The notes beneath the pieces were generated by a model. It did not search any database and had not been told where the DNA came from. It saw only the letters and a list, made by a program, of their open reading frames with translations. Positions 40,101 through 48,277 of a stretch of 64,000 bases of DNA are shown one piece after another. Within the stretch, counting starts at the first letter, position 1. Every line of letters starts with the position of its first letter. The DNA lies in IMG/VR virus record IMGVR_UViG_3300050821_018050, positions 32,001 to 96,000 of that record, one strand, 5' to 3'. This DNA is from a virus. Position numbers and translations under genes: made by a program.

Positions 40101-40675
40101 GCATTGTAACGATCGCTCCGTCTGATGTAGGCTACGCAAATGTAATTGTAGATTCTTTTAATCTCATCAATAAAGTTTCTTCTTCACTTGGAGCTGCGAT
40201 GGTATTCCAAAATAAAATTGCTTACAATAATGCAATTGCATTTGGAGTAGATTCTTACCGTTATTATGGCGGATTGGTTGAAGAGCTTAATCGAGTGATT
40301 TATGGCGATCCCACTGATCCATTGAATTTCCCAGGCATTCGTGCTGCGGGAACTAATGTAGATATTAAACCGGCATTAGTCAAACGCATCACCGTAGCAT
40401 TAGCAGTTAGGCTTAAGTCGGGTGTTCCGTTCATTGAACTCCGCGATCGTATCAAGGCATCAGTAGCAGGATATGTCAATAGCTTGGGTGTAGGTGATCA
40501 AGTATCTTTAAGTAGTATTGTAGATGCTGCCGGTAAGATCAATGGAGTTACGTCAGTCGTAATTACTTCACCTACCTACGACGTGACACAAGATCAAATC
40601 TTTGTGGGATCCGACATGAGAGCTGCCGTGGTTAATCCAACAAACGATGTTGTGGTTGCTTCCCTGACCTCTTGA
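34130..40675 (+). CDS. Giant baseplate-J/gp6-like wedge protein with large insertion
   Basis: N-terminal BplJ motifs (GTDGNV, FTNG...DDDTLRERI, GT..AI); C-terminal YVNSLGVGDQV.LS.I; internal CBM5/12-like and HGL..G..I.VSG...YNG repeats. Confidence 0.8.
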   Translation: MADQPVLRSQPQIAGDLTDGFLSRATSVTDLSQQSVLSQFITAISQSNFRASAAIIQMLDALSIDRAVGGALQTLARDRQVPILSGNASTGNVDITDNTFSKIETGIYAGQPAPVAGSATIYVVDASAFNPTGQVYIGRTTPNVEGPLTYTSVTAQAGGAYWAINLAGSSLTTKFHNLGERVIMAQGGNRLIRSGSSVQTASGSNSSPIVFNTTSNATIQDGETTVSAVPIVCAQSGTDGNVPKSAIVETVSFPFSSSCVNSQPFTNGKAPDDDDTLRERIKAYEQAKSKGTAQAIETASIDVFSPDDLKRVSSANIVTYADTSSALVFDDGTGYEAIFTGVGLETVVDSALGGEINLQLRQYPILQARVINNLAGPFNILQNDAIDVEIQGDRRTHFFNSTDFLVPGAGTVSEIANSINSDPNFHAYATTATNTSRIALYPRNRLQNEITVVARGTTDDASVKIGFPLNTEYTIRLYKNDIPLFQDGQYATVATTSNANWLNTITDGDTLIYSVDKAPPITATFTTALFQTIDITATVSSQTALSTWVAVMNLIMSGVTASINGDTINLTSNLGLNNRASIEIQGGTLLSKMFPVNVDVISTGRGSDYTLNRQTGQFALNVALIKGDSVTAGSSFTRANIITSSIPSGPTIDGNTWMVVDGAAKLIPNGLKLNTQVFFESYATGKMRIRGESATLTPEGFENVAINDWILIWGEASDATAYPIMYANRGYWRVESIDGGLIVNIDGNFSPTFGSEPSVPLDRIVAVETLAPIQHLGYTAASIGGFITQITTDLLGVDADAIGSSVRLSSQTSGAYGEILIVAADSGAKSIGINPATISDNITSHYGFIVTADSEAGTPLFTHSVFGTKTDDHTFQDSNYETFGGKLDNFAEILNDYEADVSNFRELPDSNKSRRVYTEDFNESTNNITLKIPPYMTSAESPIQTGDRYFLRESYQFDSTDDLTFIVDGDDTTKTYTAPVARNVIVDNHSTPSTQDFSASDAQSSLALADPSSFFNFDFSDFKVWRQAGVELLNGTNSIRIKFGIFGPAGNSVRVGYVYPSNNTQTSLSYTTLNNEAGAIGIVLPVTTPRTPNWDGTTSFTTDVVTTGGKDTVTYTYRVGTQPNFGVGGAAINNGDIAMIDPTSDQLSQNKNFSARVSTVSATTFSIQRPTGTAISDNIPIASMQNINGVVTAVTAQPHLILQGDRIGIWGTSSVDGFNYPFQTTYYPTVVNSTTFTFSAPVGTPGGAIISATHAANIVTVTASAHGLQVGNVIIVSGISNPNYNGTHTVSAVLSSSQFQYIVTGSDASVVGGRFDFQSYALDPASTTSIQSITKTGYSVTVNSTGESIAVGELVQIAGAQWSTYNSATTYGTNDTVFYSGINYVSLVSGNTSNQPDISPAQWAITSLTLNGNYVVTSTVPGVSLTFVTDFLGNGSATTGTATAIRTAARIARSLGPNAAMLQFAQVSTTAQAIIDYATTQIPDLLGAALDGGTSSDVINLSTADTTLSGNYYTATVTAMAATEGSSLLNITVNANIPAGSDISLTTDATGYSDSYVVLTSTQVGSSWVLSIRTRIVSPTTGPVTFTTGNIVGAPNYLMMTDGENFVKSSNLQSVPTLPQFSCKRAWIEAPAIGEELRLIASTTEQLTRFWNVLTVTGLSNVATIDNSDYGRQLQVRTQTFGASGSIQATGGNASGGQIAIVGAGNEIDSKTGSLTIPFAAHDGLNGGSWIQITQNTRQNKILGFDGTTVINTSSNGLTLAGGSGSFQTARVTTQDSTTKMKVERQGNYMAFIGVYGTSLGLASDPVQYVREGDWVRLSNTAAGSAWSASVTYSPGARVDYIGYQWLQISGGPVLADIPGTDTSWQRLGVSFSNEGIFQVVRVFGQNTFYIQNTLGIDEMVQLGAGSELSFYSYDSVMPGDTLVIAGNILNSLNVGRYTVLDQNAGPGYAFPTATRIYTLPIPVVQGNTVLGDSFIQVNIEEANPLQLLKRIVTIAPSDVGYANVIVDSFNLINKVSSSLGAAMVFQNKIAYNNAIAFGVDSYRYYGGLVEELNRVIYGDPTDPLNFPGIRAAGTNVDIKPALVKRITVALAVRLKSGVPFIELRDRIKASVAGYVNSLGVGDQVSLSSIVDAAGKINGVTSVVITSPTYDVTQDQIFVGSDMRAAVVNPTNDVVVASLTS

Positions 40676-40678
40676 TTT

Positions 40679-40981
40679 TTATTCATAATCATACCATACT
40701 TGAACTTCTCGCCAGGATGTTTCAGAATATTCACCTAATTTCACTTCGATTCTTCTTTTGATTTTTACCCAATGTTCTTCGCTTTTATCCGTGAATTTAT
40801 ATGGATTAAAAATAATTGAGCCGCTGTCTAAAAGTTCGGCCTTTATTTTTTTTAGATTACCGTTTTTATCTAATCCTACCCATTTCACTTGTGCATAACA
40901 TGTGTCGAACCAGTAGGTGCTGCGGATCAAATCCCCCTTTTTCGGATTAATGCTTGAAAGTTTGTTATATTTAGGATTCAT
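40679..40981 (-). CDS. Hypothetical protein
   Basis: 100 aa; ATGA overlap. Confidence 0.65.
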   Translation of the reverse strand: MNPKYNKLSSINPKKGDLIRSTYWFDTCYAQVKWVGLDKNGNLKKIKAELLDSGSIIFNPYKFTDKSEEHWVKIKRRIEVKLGEYSETSWREVQVWYDYE

Positions 40982-41486
40982 TTTAGTTGAATTATATAAT
41001 AATTAAAACGAGGCTGTTTGCCTTCACAATCGTATGACTCGTAACGGGATCGCCACGATTTCTTTGGTTTATGCCAATAATGACTTGATTCCCATTCTTT
41101 CTGCTCCTCCACTATAAAATACCCATCTGGAATTCGAATATTTATTTTTTCCATTTCTGGCATTCCTTTATGTATTGTATAGGTCGATAATCAATGACTA
41201 TACTATATACAGTTTTAGTGCGAGGTTTATATCCATCAAAATCAATTGAAAGCGGAGTAATGTTCTCTGTTTTGTAGGCGTGCGGAGGAATATAATAGTT
41301 ATACTTTTTGCTTACTCCCCAAAAGTGAACTCGCCAATATTTACTCATCGATAGTCTCTATTGTGAATAAATAATCCATGGTAATGGATACTCCCCATTT
41401 ATCTTCAAAACGAGTGTTAATACCGCCCCATTCTCCTATTAATACCCACCTCTGTACAGATTTTGGAGTATCCCAATAATAAACTT

Positions 41487-41744
41487 TCATGGCGTCGGAG
41501 ATGGTGAGGGACTTGGAATTGGTTCTGCACTAGAAGCAGTTAAGATTGCCAAGAACTGATCGTAACATTGACTAGCGCAAGTAGTATTGCCGCTGCACTG
41601 CGAAGAACAAAATTGCTGTGCTAATGCATAGTTAATGGTGGTAGAGACCTGAACTTGCAGGGGATCTACTTTTACTGGATCTGAATGAACCTGTAATCCA
41701 CAACCAGAAGCTAACAAAAAACATAAGCTAGTGAAATATTTCAT
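41487..41744 (-). CDS. Small lipoprotein
   Basis: LLASGC lipobox; C-x3-C...C-x3-C; PSPSPTP tail. Confidence 0.7.
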   Translation of the reverse strand: MKYFTSLCFLLASGCGLQVHSDPVKVDPLQVQVSTTINYALAQQFCSSQCSGNTTCASQCYDQFLAILTASSAEPIPSPSPSPTP

Positions 41745-41748
41745 AATA

Positions 41749-41922
41749 TTAGCTATCCAATCTGGCAGGCTGCCAATTACGTAAAAAATTAGTCAAGATT
41801 TCACCAAATTTTTGTAGAGCTTCTTTTTTGGTTTTAGCTTCTGTCATAGGCAATACAGCGAATACGCGTCCAGCAGAGCTAATTTCATATTGTTTTTTGT
41901 CTTCATTTAATTTCACGTTCAT
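41749..41922 (-). CDS. 57-aa hypothetical protein (MNVKLNEDKK...)
   Basis: Hand-translated; leaderless ATG 6 nt after the -10. Confidence 0.65.
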   Translation of the reverse strand: MNVKLNEDKKQYEISSAGRVFAVLPMTEAKTKKEALQKFGEILTNFLRNWQPARLDS

Positions 41923-41928
41923 ATATTA

Positions 41929-41957
41929 ACTCTAACCTCAATCTGTCGGACCGTCAA
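41929..41957 (-). promoter_or_regulatory. sigma70 promoter TTGACG-17-TAGAGT (leaderless)
   Basis: -35 at 41952-41957, -10 at 41929-41934. Confidence 0.7.
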
Positions 41958-42983
41958 GGAAAATCTCGAAACAGTACTCGACTTTAGAATATTGATAAGG
42001 AATATCATAGGAAGTCATCCATGCCCAACCCCCAATGTCAAATACATCCAAGTAAAATGAACTATCATCAATTAACTCATCTATATATTTCATTTAAAAT
42101 AAATCACGTATTGAAGTCTGAAACCAAGTACCTGGCCTCCGTATAAAGTAATCCACCTGTATGTTTTCGATCCCCGAAACTCTTCTACGATGTGATAAGT
42201 AGCATTATCCATTTTCGGGCACCTCTTTGAAAGAGATTTCCATTCTGTAGGTCCAGGTAGCTAATGGTCCAAGTGCCCAGTCTCCATGGGTGCCTATATT
42301 TACGGTACCCCAGTCGTAAATACGATCACCAGGGACTTCGTAACAATGAATTCCGCGTTTATGTACAGAAGGATATAGGTCATTGACCCATTTGTCCCAT
42401 CCTGCCCAGCTTCCCGTGGTTTTAATTTTTTTCATTTCTTAAGCAGTTTCTTTTTGGTTTTGGCCAATTGATCCGCAGCACAAAATAGTGTGTATTTGAA
42501 AGTTAGAATCGTCGCAATAGAAGTCATCACGGTAGCTATTATGATTTGCGATGCCACAGAATTTAATTTCTTTTTCACTCTTATATAATACCATTATTTT
42601 AGATCGATTCTGATATAATTTGTTTGCCATTCGTTTTCATTCGCACAAACCACATACGCGATAGCAGTTACGCCCCCTCCGCGTCGAACAACTGGTAAAA
42701 CAATGTAGTCTATTTTCTTGCCCGCATCCACGCTTTGTTCCTTTCAACTTGGTGCATGACCCAAAATTCACCACAACCCATTTCAATTATAATAACGCCA
42801 ATAGGGGTGACCACAGATATTGAAGTCAACCCTACGTGAAAATAGTATGCTTTAAAGTTATCTAATTGGTCCATATTTCCCAAATTTCAAGATTATCGGT
42901 AGTCCAAAAAATAGTAGGAGTAGCATTTAGTAAAACTATTTTTTGAATTACGGGATTGACGGGAGCCCAATAGTAATTTTTCA

Positions 42984-43178
42984 CTATTCCGCAATTCTTT
43001 CAGCTTCCAGAGAGAACTCATTCATTTCATCTAAGAATTGAGCCATTGGATCAATGGTACATTTAAAATTAGGATTCGTATTATCGACGATAAGATAAAG
43101 CTTACCAGCGCGAGGAGACAATTCAGGAGCGTCATTGCAAACTACCAAAGTATTATTAACGTATTTATGAGTGATCAT
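42984..43178 (-). CDS. Hypothetical protein
   Basis: 64 aa, SD GAGG, own promoter. Confidence 0.65.
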   Translation of the reverse strand: MITHKYVNNTLVVCNDAPELSPRAGKLYLIVDNTNPNFKCTIDPMAQFLDEMNEFSLEAERIAE

Positions 43179-43196
43179 GGGTTACCTCTTAATAAA

Positions 43197-43225
43197 AGAA
43201 TACCATACTAAAATAGGAATGTAAA
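43197..43225 (-). promoter_or_regulatory. sigma70 promoter TTTACA-17-TATTCT
   Basis: -35 at 43220-43225, -10 at 43197-43202, TG extension. Confidence 0.7.
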
Positions 43226-43442
43226 GAAAATTATCGCAGGACCGACATTTTTCTGGCATATGACATTAAACGAATTCTCACTACTATTTCACCCTCTTCT
43301 AAATACGTAGTATAACTGCATAATTTATTTTCTTTCCAATTTAAGCTAGAAGATTTTGCCATTTGATGATAGAAATCTGACGCCACTTCGTCTTCTTCCG
43401 GGCTCCGCTCGATGCGAATATAAATACCGGTATGATCAATCA

Positions 43443-43952
43443 TTATAATAGATTCCAATCTAATTCGGGATTCTTGGGCTTTTTACTCAAAGGTTTAACT
43501 GAAAAGATTACATCACCATTATCTGGAGCCGCGACGATTAACTCATAGTTTGTGTTATGCTGAGCGAATATGTTTTTCAAATCACAGGCACTGATATAAA
43601 ATAGCATTTGCGACATTGGCCCTTCTACATAAATAGGCATAAGATCTGTGCCAAGGGCACCATTAATAGCGTAAACACTGCAATTCCACAATCCCTTAAC
43701 CTTTAGAGGATTGCCATGGCGATCTTCGAAGTCGAACTCGGTACCACCAAATCCATTTTCATTCTTAGCGTTATGGCCATAAATCTGTTTAAACGGATGG
43801 GAATCATGGCTACCGATGTAAATTGTTTCTAATTCATTGATCTTACTTGTTTCATAATGAAACGGCAAAGTTACTTGATCCACTTCTAAGGTGATTTTAG
43901 GTTCGGCCAACTGACCCTCCTGCATGTCGATCTCTATGTTTTTAATTATCAT
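43443..43952 (-). CDS. Hypothetical protein (169 aa)
   Basis: Long ORF in minus-strand cluster. Confidence 0.75.
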   Translation of the reverse strand: MIIKNIEIDMQEGQLAEPKITLEVDQVTLPFHYETSKINELETIYIGSHDSHPFKQIYGHNAKNENGFGGTEFDFEDRHGNPLKVKGLWNCSVYAINGALGTDLMPIYVEGPMSQMLFYISACDLKNIFAQHNTNYELIVAAPDNGDVIFSVKPLSKKPKNPELDWNLL

Positions 43953-44441
43953 TTTTTGCTTTCCAAAGAGATTCTCTTAATACTAATTTTGATCCAATTG
44001 AGAAACGCCAGGGAGCATTCCCTTGCCTAATATAATCGTCGGTCATTATCGAGTCCATAAACTGCATAAAAGAATTTTCATCAAGGTAAAAATGAAACCA
44101 CATTATTTTAACCCTCGAAGATATATTTTTGAGTTATTGGTGTCACCCTCTAAAAACCAGTCAATAGTATTATTTAGATGAGGTACATCCCCAGCACAAC
44201 AATCTTGGAATATGCCATAAAAGGCATTTTCTTCTACGCTAAATACATAAGTTTTCATACTGAAAGAATCTCGATAATCGGTTTTTCATCCAAACCAACT
44301 CTCCATTCGACTTTATAAACAGAAGACTTGCGAGATGTTTCTATAATTCCTTCTCTGATATAGTCTGTCACAGCAAAAGTCCATTTAACCGTAAACTGAT
44401 CTAAAGATACTTCGCCGTATTGCCATTCAACCATTCATTAA

Positions 44442-44470
44442 ATTCTAGCATAATTAAAATCAGAAGTCAA
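44442..44470 (-). promoter_or_regulatory. sigma70 promoter TTGACT-17-TAGAAT (leaderless, ATG 44434)
   Basis: -35 at 44465-44470, -10 at 44442-44447. Confidence 0.75.
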
Positions 44471-44493
44471 GGAATTTATGGTATACTACCATT

Positions 44494-44736
44494 ATGAAAC
44501 AAGTAACAGTTAATGCAGTACATTTTAAATCAAGTGGAGATGTAGAATCCACAAAATCAACCCGCCATCAATTGGGATACCGATTGGACGTAAGCGCAAC
44601 CAATGATTATCCTTATGATAAATATGAGTTGACTTACGGGGAAAAGCCTGGAACTACAACTCTTTTAGTTAAAAATAATAAAGAGCAGCTCCTGGCTAAA
44701 TACGAACTCGTCCCAGACGAAGATCAACCCGAATAA
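44494..44736 (+). CDS. Hypothetical protein
   Basis: 80 aa; TGG-TATACT extended -10 six nt before ATG. Confidence 0.65.
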   Translation: MKQVTVNAVHFKSSGDVESTKSTRHQLGYRLDVSATNDYPYDKYELTYGEKPGTTTLLVKNNKEQLLAKYELVPDEDQPE

Positions 44737-44738
44737 CT

Positions 44739-44746
44739 CCTAATAT
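44739..44746 (+). promoter_or_regulatory. Putative late promoter CCTAATAT
   Basis: Intergenic, upstream of 44793. Confidence 0.65.
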
Positions 44747-44792
44747 TACCTATGCTGTTCTGGGGCAACTCTTATCCCACATTTGTGGGCAA

Positions 44793-47228
44793 ATGAATCC
44801 CCGGTTTTCACTCTATCATATGGTAATATCAGACACAAATTCAGACCAGTACAAATGGGTGCGCCAGTTTATCAGCGATTTCATCGGTGGTGAGAACGCT
44901 GACGCATTCCTATTGTCATTGGCGGACGAGCACCAAAATCTTTCCAACCTGTCTGTTGCTGTTAACAATTCCTTAACAATTTCAATGTCCGGTGGGGAAT
45001 ACCTCGATCGAGTATTAGCTGGCTATGGCATCACCCGTCCAGCAGACCTTGGTCTATCTGACGATGCCTTCCGCAAGATCGGTATCGCGATCAATGCACA
45101 AAAACAGATCACTGACGTAATTCACACGATCTTAGAGATCTTCTTCGGGGAAGAGTCAGTCCGCGCATACGCTCAGTCTACAGTGGCAGGCCCATATGCA
45201 TTCGAAGATGGCGACGAACTATTCGTCGAACTCGAAAACGGCACAATCTATAACATCCCATTTGACTTGACTAATTTTACCGACCCCAGCCAAGTTTCCG
45301 CGCAGGAAGCTAGCGATGTGATCACTAGGTTTTTCTCAAGCCAAAGCTTAAACGCATATTCCAAGGTTTACACCGATTCATCTACGCAGCTCCAATACGT
45401 TAGAATATTCGGATCAGCCAAGGGGCCATACTCGTTAGTGCAAATCCAGGGTGGTCGCGTGCAATCAGTAATGCAGTTCCCAGACATGCGCCCAACTGAA
45501 TTAGCGGTAAACACTACTGTGTGGCAAGTGACGAGAAACGTATCTTCCACGATCCGATTCAGATGGTATTCAGGTCCTAAGCCAGCGCTCGAATCTTTAT
45601 TCCCAAATGATATAGCTAATATATTTGGTCAACCATTCGTATTAGCAGGTATCGACGGATCATTCCCGATCACGAACGTCAGAGCAGCCGGGGTTTCACC
45701 AGAAGTTGACTCAGGCTATTTCGAAGTATCGATCCCGGAATTAAGCGGCCTAAATTCTATCCAAGTAGACACAATACCTCCACCTAATTCAGGCGGCAAT
45801 ATCTATTCTTTCCTCGTCAACCAAGGTGCCTACGAAGATCTAACCTTCTTCGCACCAAAGAAGAACGTACCTTACGGTCAAAGCCGATTCGCATTAGCAT
45901 TCGAAGCAGTGAGCGGTACCCTACAAATTTACTTACCAGCAACCACCCAAGTCGTAGAACGCGCTTTGACCGGTGGGATGCATATGCACATGAAATATAC
46001 CGAACAAGATCTCGACGGTACTTTCGGTTCAAGTTTAACGAACGATACCAAAAACCAAATTATTATCATCTCTGACATGGCGTTCAAATACCCAGCTTTG
46101 GGTTATGACATGGATTCAACAGGTGGGGAAGTGACTATCAATGCACCAAGCCCTTACACTATTCCAGTCAACTATTGTTTCAGAGAACAAGGCTACACCA
46201 CCGTAGTCTGCGCACAGCCACATGGTCTACCTGACCAATCGTGGAGCCCAAACACAAATTACTCAATCGGAAACATCGCCTACTACCAAGGAGCTACTTA
46301 TCAGGCGCTCCAAGCTACAGGTCCATTAAGTATGGTTGAACCTCCAGCAGACAATCCCGTCTTCTGGCAATTCCAGGAGTATAGCCAAAATTATTCGGAC
46401 TATACTATCACACTCGACGTAGATTTCGTTGAATCAGATGATCCTGCTAACCCATTTCTGGGGAGCTACATCGTAGACCCAGCAGCCGGTTACGCATTAA
46501 CATCTGATATGGTAACGACTAGAGAAGCATTAAGAGCTGGCCAAAGGAAGAGTACATTGTACTGCCAAGGCGAACTCCCAAATGCTGCAGGTATTTTGTT
46601 ATTCGGTTTAAACACTGACCAACAAGAAGGACCAGTCAATTACTTCGGTGCCCAAGTCGCGGGCGCTGCAACAGCTATCCCATTAACTTCAGCTTCCCAA
46701 GTCGGTACTACCATAACGGTGGTCACGACCCAAACCAATGGAGCAATCCCTGGTTCAACTGTAGTTATTGCCGGTACAGGAACACCTATCGACGGTACGT
46801 ATGTGGTTACTAACGTTATCAGTCCAACTGTATATCAATGCACAGCAGGAAGCCCAGGCATTTATTCATCGGTTGGAGTTGGTACGAGCACCACCCAAGT
46901 GAATGGGGTTACATCGACTTTACTGATCGACCCTTCATACTCATTTAAGTATGACCACGCAATCGCAACCGACGTTACGGTACTATCGAGCCAATTCGCT
47001 TATGTACCAGCCCCTGACGGTTCAGATTATTCACCTTATATCACAGGTTCACCAGACGGACGCATTTATTGCCAAAGCCTGATAGACCAGATTGTAGCGT
47101 GCGGCATTAATCTGAATATCACAGTGGTATATCCTGGATCAACGGGTGTAGGTAATGATACGGATGGCACATTGGCAACGTCTGTTCCACAAAACGACAT
47201 TGTTTGGATTTACGGTGGGGACACATAG
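44793..47228 (+). CDS. Baseplate wedge (gpI/gp7-like) protein with carbohydrate-binding-like module
   Basis: GEYLDRV...YGITRP...SDDAFR; WSPNTNYSIGNIAYYQGATYQA (CBM5/12-like). Confidence 0.7.
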   Translation: MNPRFSLYHMVISDTNSDQYKWVRQFISDFIGGENADAFLLSLADEHQNLSNLSVAVNNSLTISMSGGEYLDRVLAGYGITRPADLGLSDDAFRKIGIAINAQKQITDVIHTILEIFFGEESVRAYAQSTVAGPYAFEDGDELFVELENGTIYNIPFDLTNFTDPSQVSAQEASDVITRFFSSQSLNAYSKVYTDSSTQLQYVRIFGSAKGPYSLVQIQGGRVQSVMQFPDMRPTELAVNTTVWQVTRNVSSTIRFRWYSGPKPALESLFPNDIANIFGQPFVLAGIDGSFPITNVRAAGVSPEVDSGYFEVSIPELSGLNSIQVDTIPPPNSGGNIYSFLVNQGAYEDLTFFAPKKNVPYGQSRFALAFEAVSGTLQIYLPATTQVVERALTGGMHMHMKYTEQDLDGTFGSSLTNDTKNQIIIISDMAFKYPALGYDMDSTGGEVTINAPSPYTIPVNYCFREQGYTTVVCAQPHGLPDQSWSPNTNYSIGNIAYYQGATYQALQATGPLSMVEPPADNPVFWQFQEYSQNYSDYTITLDVDFVESDDPANPFLGSYIVDPAAGYALTSDMVTTREALRAGQRKSTLYCQGELPNAAGILLFGLNTDQQEGPVNYFGAQVAGAATAIPLTSASQVGTTITVVTTQTNGAIPGSTVVIAGTGTPIDGTYVVTNVISPTVYQCTAGSPGIYSSVGVGTSTTQVNGVTSTLLIDPSYSFKYDHAIATDVTVLSSQFAYVPAPDGSDYSPYITGSPDGRIYCQSLIDQIVACGINLNITVVYPGSTGVGNDTDGTLATSVPQNDIVWIYGGDT

Positions 47229-47447
47229 ATGACTAGATTTGTATATCTTTCATTATACATGAGAACGATGTACAGCTTATACGATTTGTTAGAAAAGGTT
47301 TATATGTACGACACCACTTCAATGCTTATTACTCAGCGCAACATCACAGGAGTAACTAAGTTCTATGAAGCTTTGCGTTTAATCAACCTCAAAGGCGATC
47401 TAAGAAAGACTATGCCAATGATCGGTCAGACTATGGGGAGTTGCTAG
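47229..47447 (+). CDS. Small hypothetical protein
   Basis: 72-aa ORF filling the gap; start uncertain. Confidence 0.45.
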   Translation: MTRFVYLSLYMRTMYSLYDLLEKVYMYDTTSMLITQRNITGVTKFYEALRLINLKGDLRKTMPMIGQTMGSC

Positions 47448-47473
47448 ATTTACAGCGAATTTAGTGATAAGGT

Positions 47474-48277
47474 ATGAATATGAATAAATCTAAATGGACG
47501 TTAGAAGCATGCAAAGAAGATGCCCTTAAGTATACATCACGATGGGCATGGAATAAAGCTTCTAATAATCGGCCATACAAGACCGCTCGCGTTAATGGAT
47601 GGCTGGATATTTGCTGTGCGCATATGCCTCAAATTAATAAGCCACCAAATTACTGGACCATAAAAGAAAATTGTATTATTGATGCACATAAATTTAACGA
47701 TAGAACAATATGGCAAATTACTTCGCACTCAGCCTATAAAAGCGCATGCGATAACGGCTGGCTGAGTGAATGTACGATGCATATGATAGACAAGATTAAG
47801 CCAAAAGGGACATGGACTTTGCAGACTTGTAAGATCGATGCAAAGATATACAAAACTATTTCTGCATGGCAAGAGGGGTCTCCTTCTGGATATCAAACTG
47901 CGTTTAAAAGAGGATGGCTAGCAGAATGTTCTGAGCACATGACGAAGAGCTGTTTATCTAGGCCGGAACAAAGCCTTAGAGAAGAAATTAAAGCATTATA
48001 TCCTAATGCTGATTCCAAATTTTTCACCCAAAACGGTAAAAGAATGCAATTGGATATTTATATACCGGAACTTAATAAAGGTATTGAATTTAATGGGGAT
48101 TATTGGCATGGCGAAGGAATGATCAGACAAGGAATTAACCCTCATCAATATCATGCAAACAAGAAACAATTTTTCCAGTCAATTAATATTAGTTACATAG
48201 AAATTTGGGAATCCGAATGGAATACCAATAAAGATCTTTGCTTAAGCAAAGCGAAGGAGTTTTTATTCAATCCGTAA
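47474..48277 (+). CDS. Free-standing homing endonuclease-like protein, paralog of 6771..7589
   Basis: Three Cys/His repeats; LDIYIPELNKGIEFNGDYWH. Confidence 0.75.
   Translation: MNMNKSKWTLEACKEDALKYTSRWAWNKASNNRPYKTARVNGWLDICCAHMPQINKPPNYWTIKENCIIDAHKFNDRTIWQITSHSAYKSACDNGWLSECTMHMIDKIKPKGTWTLQTCKIDAKIYKTISAWQEGSPSGYQTAFKRGWLAECSEHMTKSCLSRPEQSLREEIKALYPNADSKFFTQNGKRMQLDIYIPELNKGIEFNGDYWHGEGMIRQGINPHQYHANKKQFFQSINISYIEIWESEWNTNKDLCLSKAKEFLFNP

Larger units (their letters stand above)
40679..44434 (-). other. Cluster of small coupled minus-strand ORFs with three sigma70 promoters
   Basis: ORF track 40679, 40978, 41142, 41487, 42205, 42984, 43231, 43443 plus sub-60-aa ORFs such as 41749..41922 and 44255..44434. 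Confidence 0.7.

Noticed and set aside
44026-44033. CCTAATAT copy inside the minus-strand cluster
   Set aside because: No + strand gene start nearby; may be chance or an antisense promoter, so not called.
553-46032. Many antisense ORF-track entries inside long + strand genes (e.g. 12814..13260, 30120..30428, 37610..37927)
   Set aside because: Shadow ORFs of codon-biased structural genes with no promoter or SD support.
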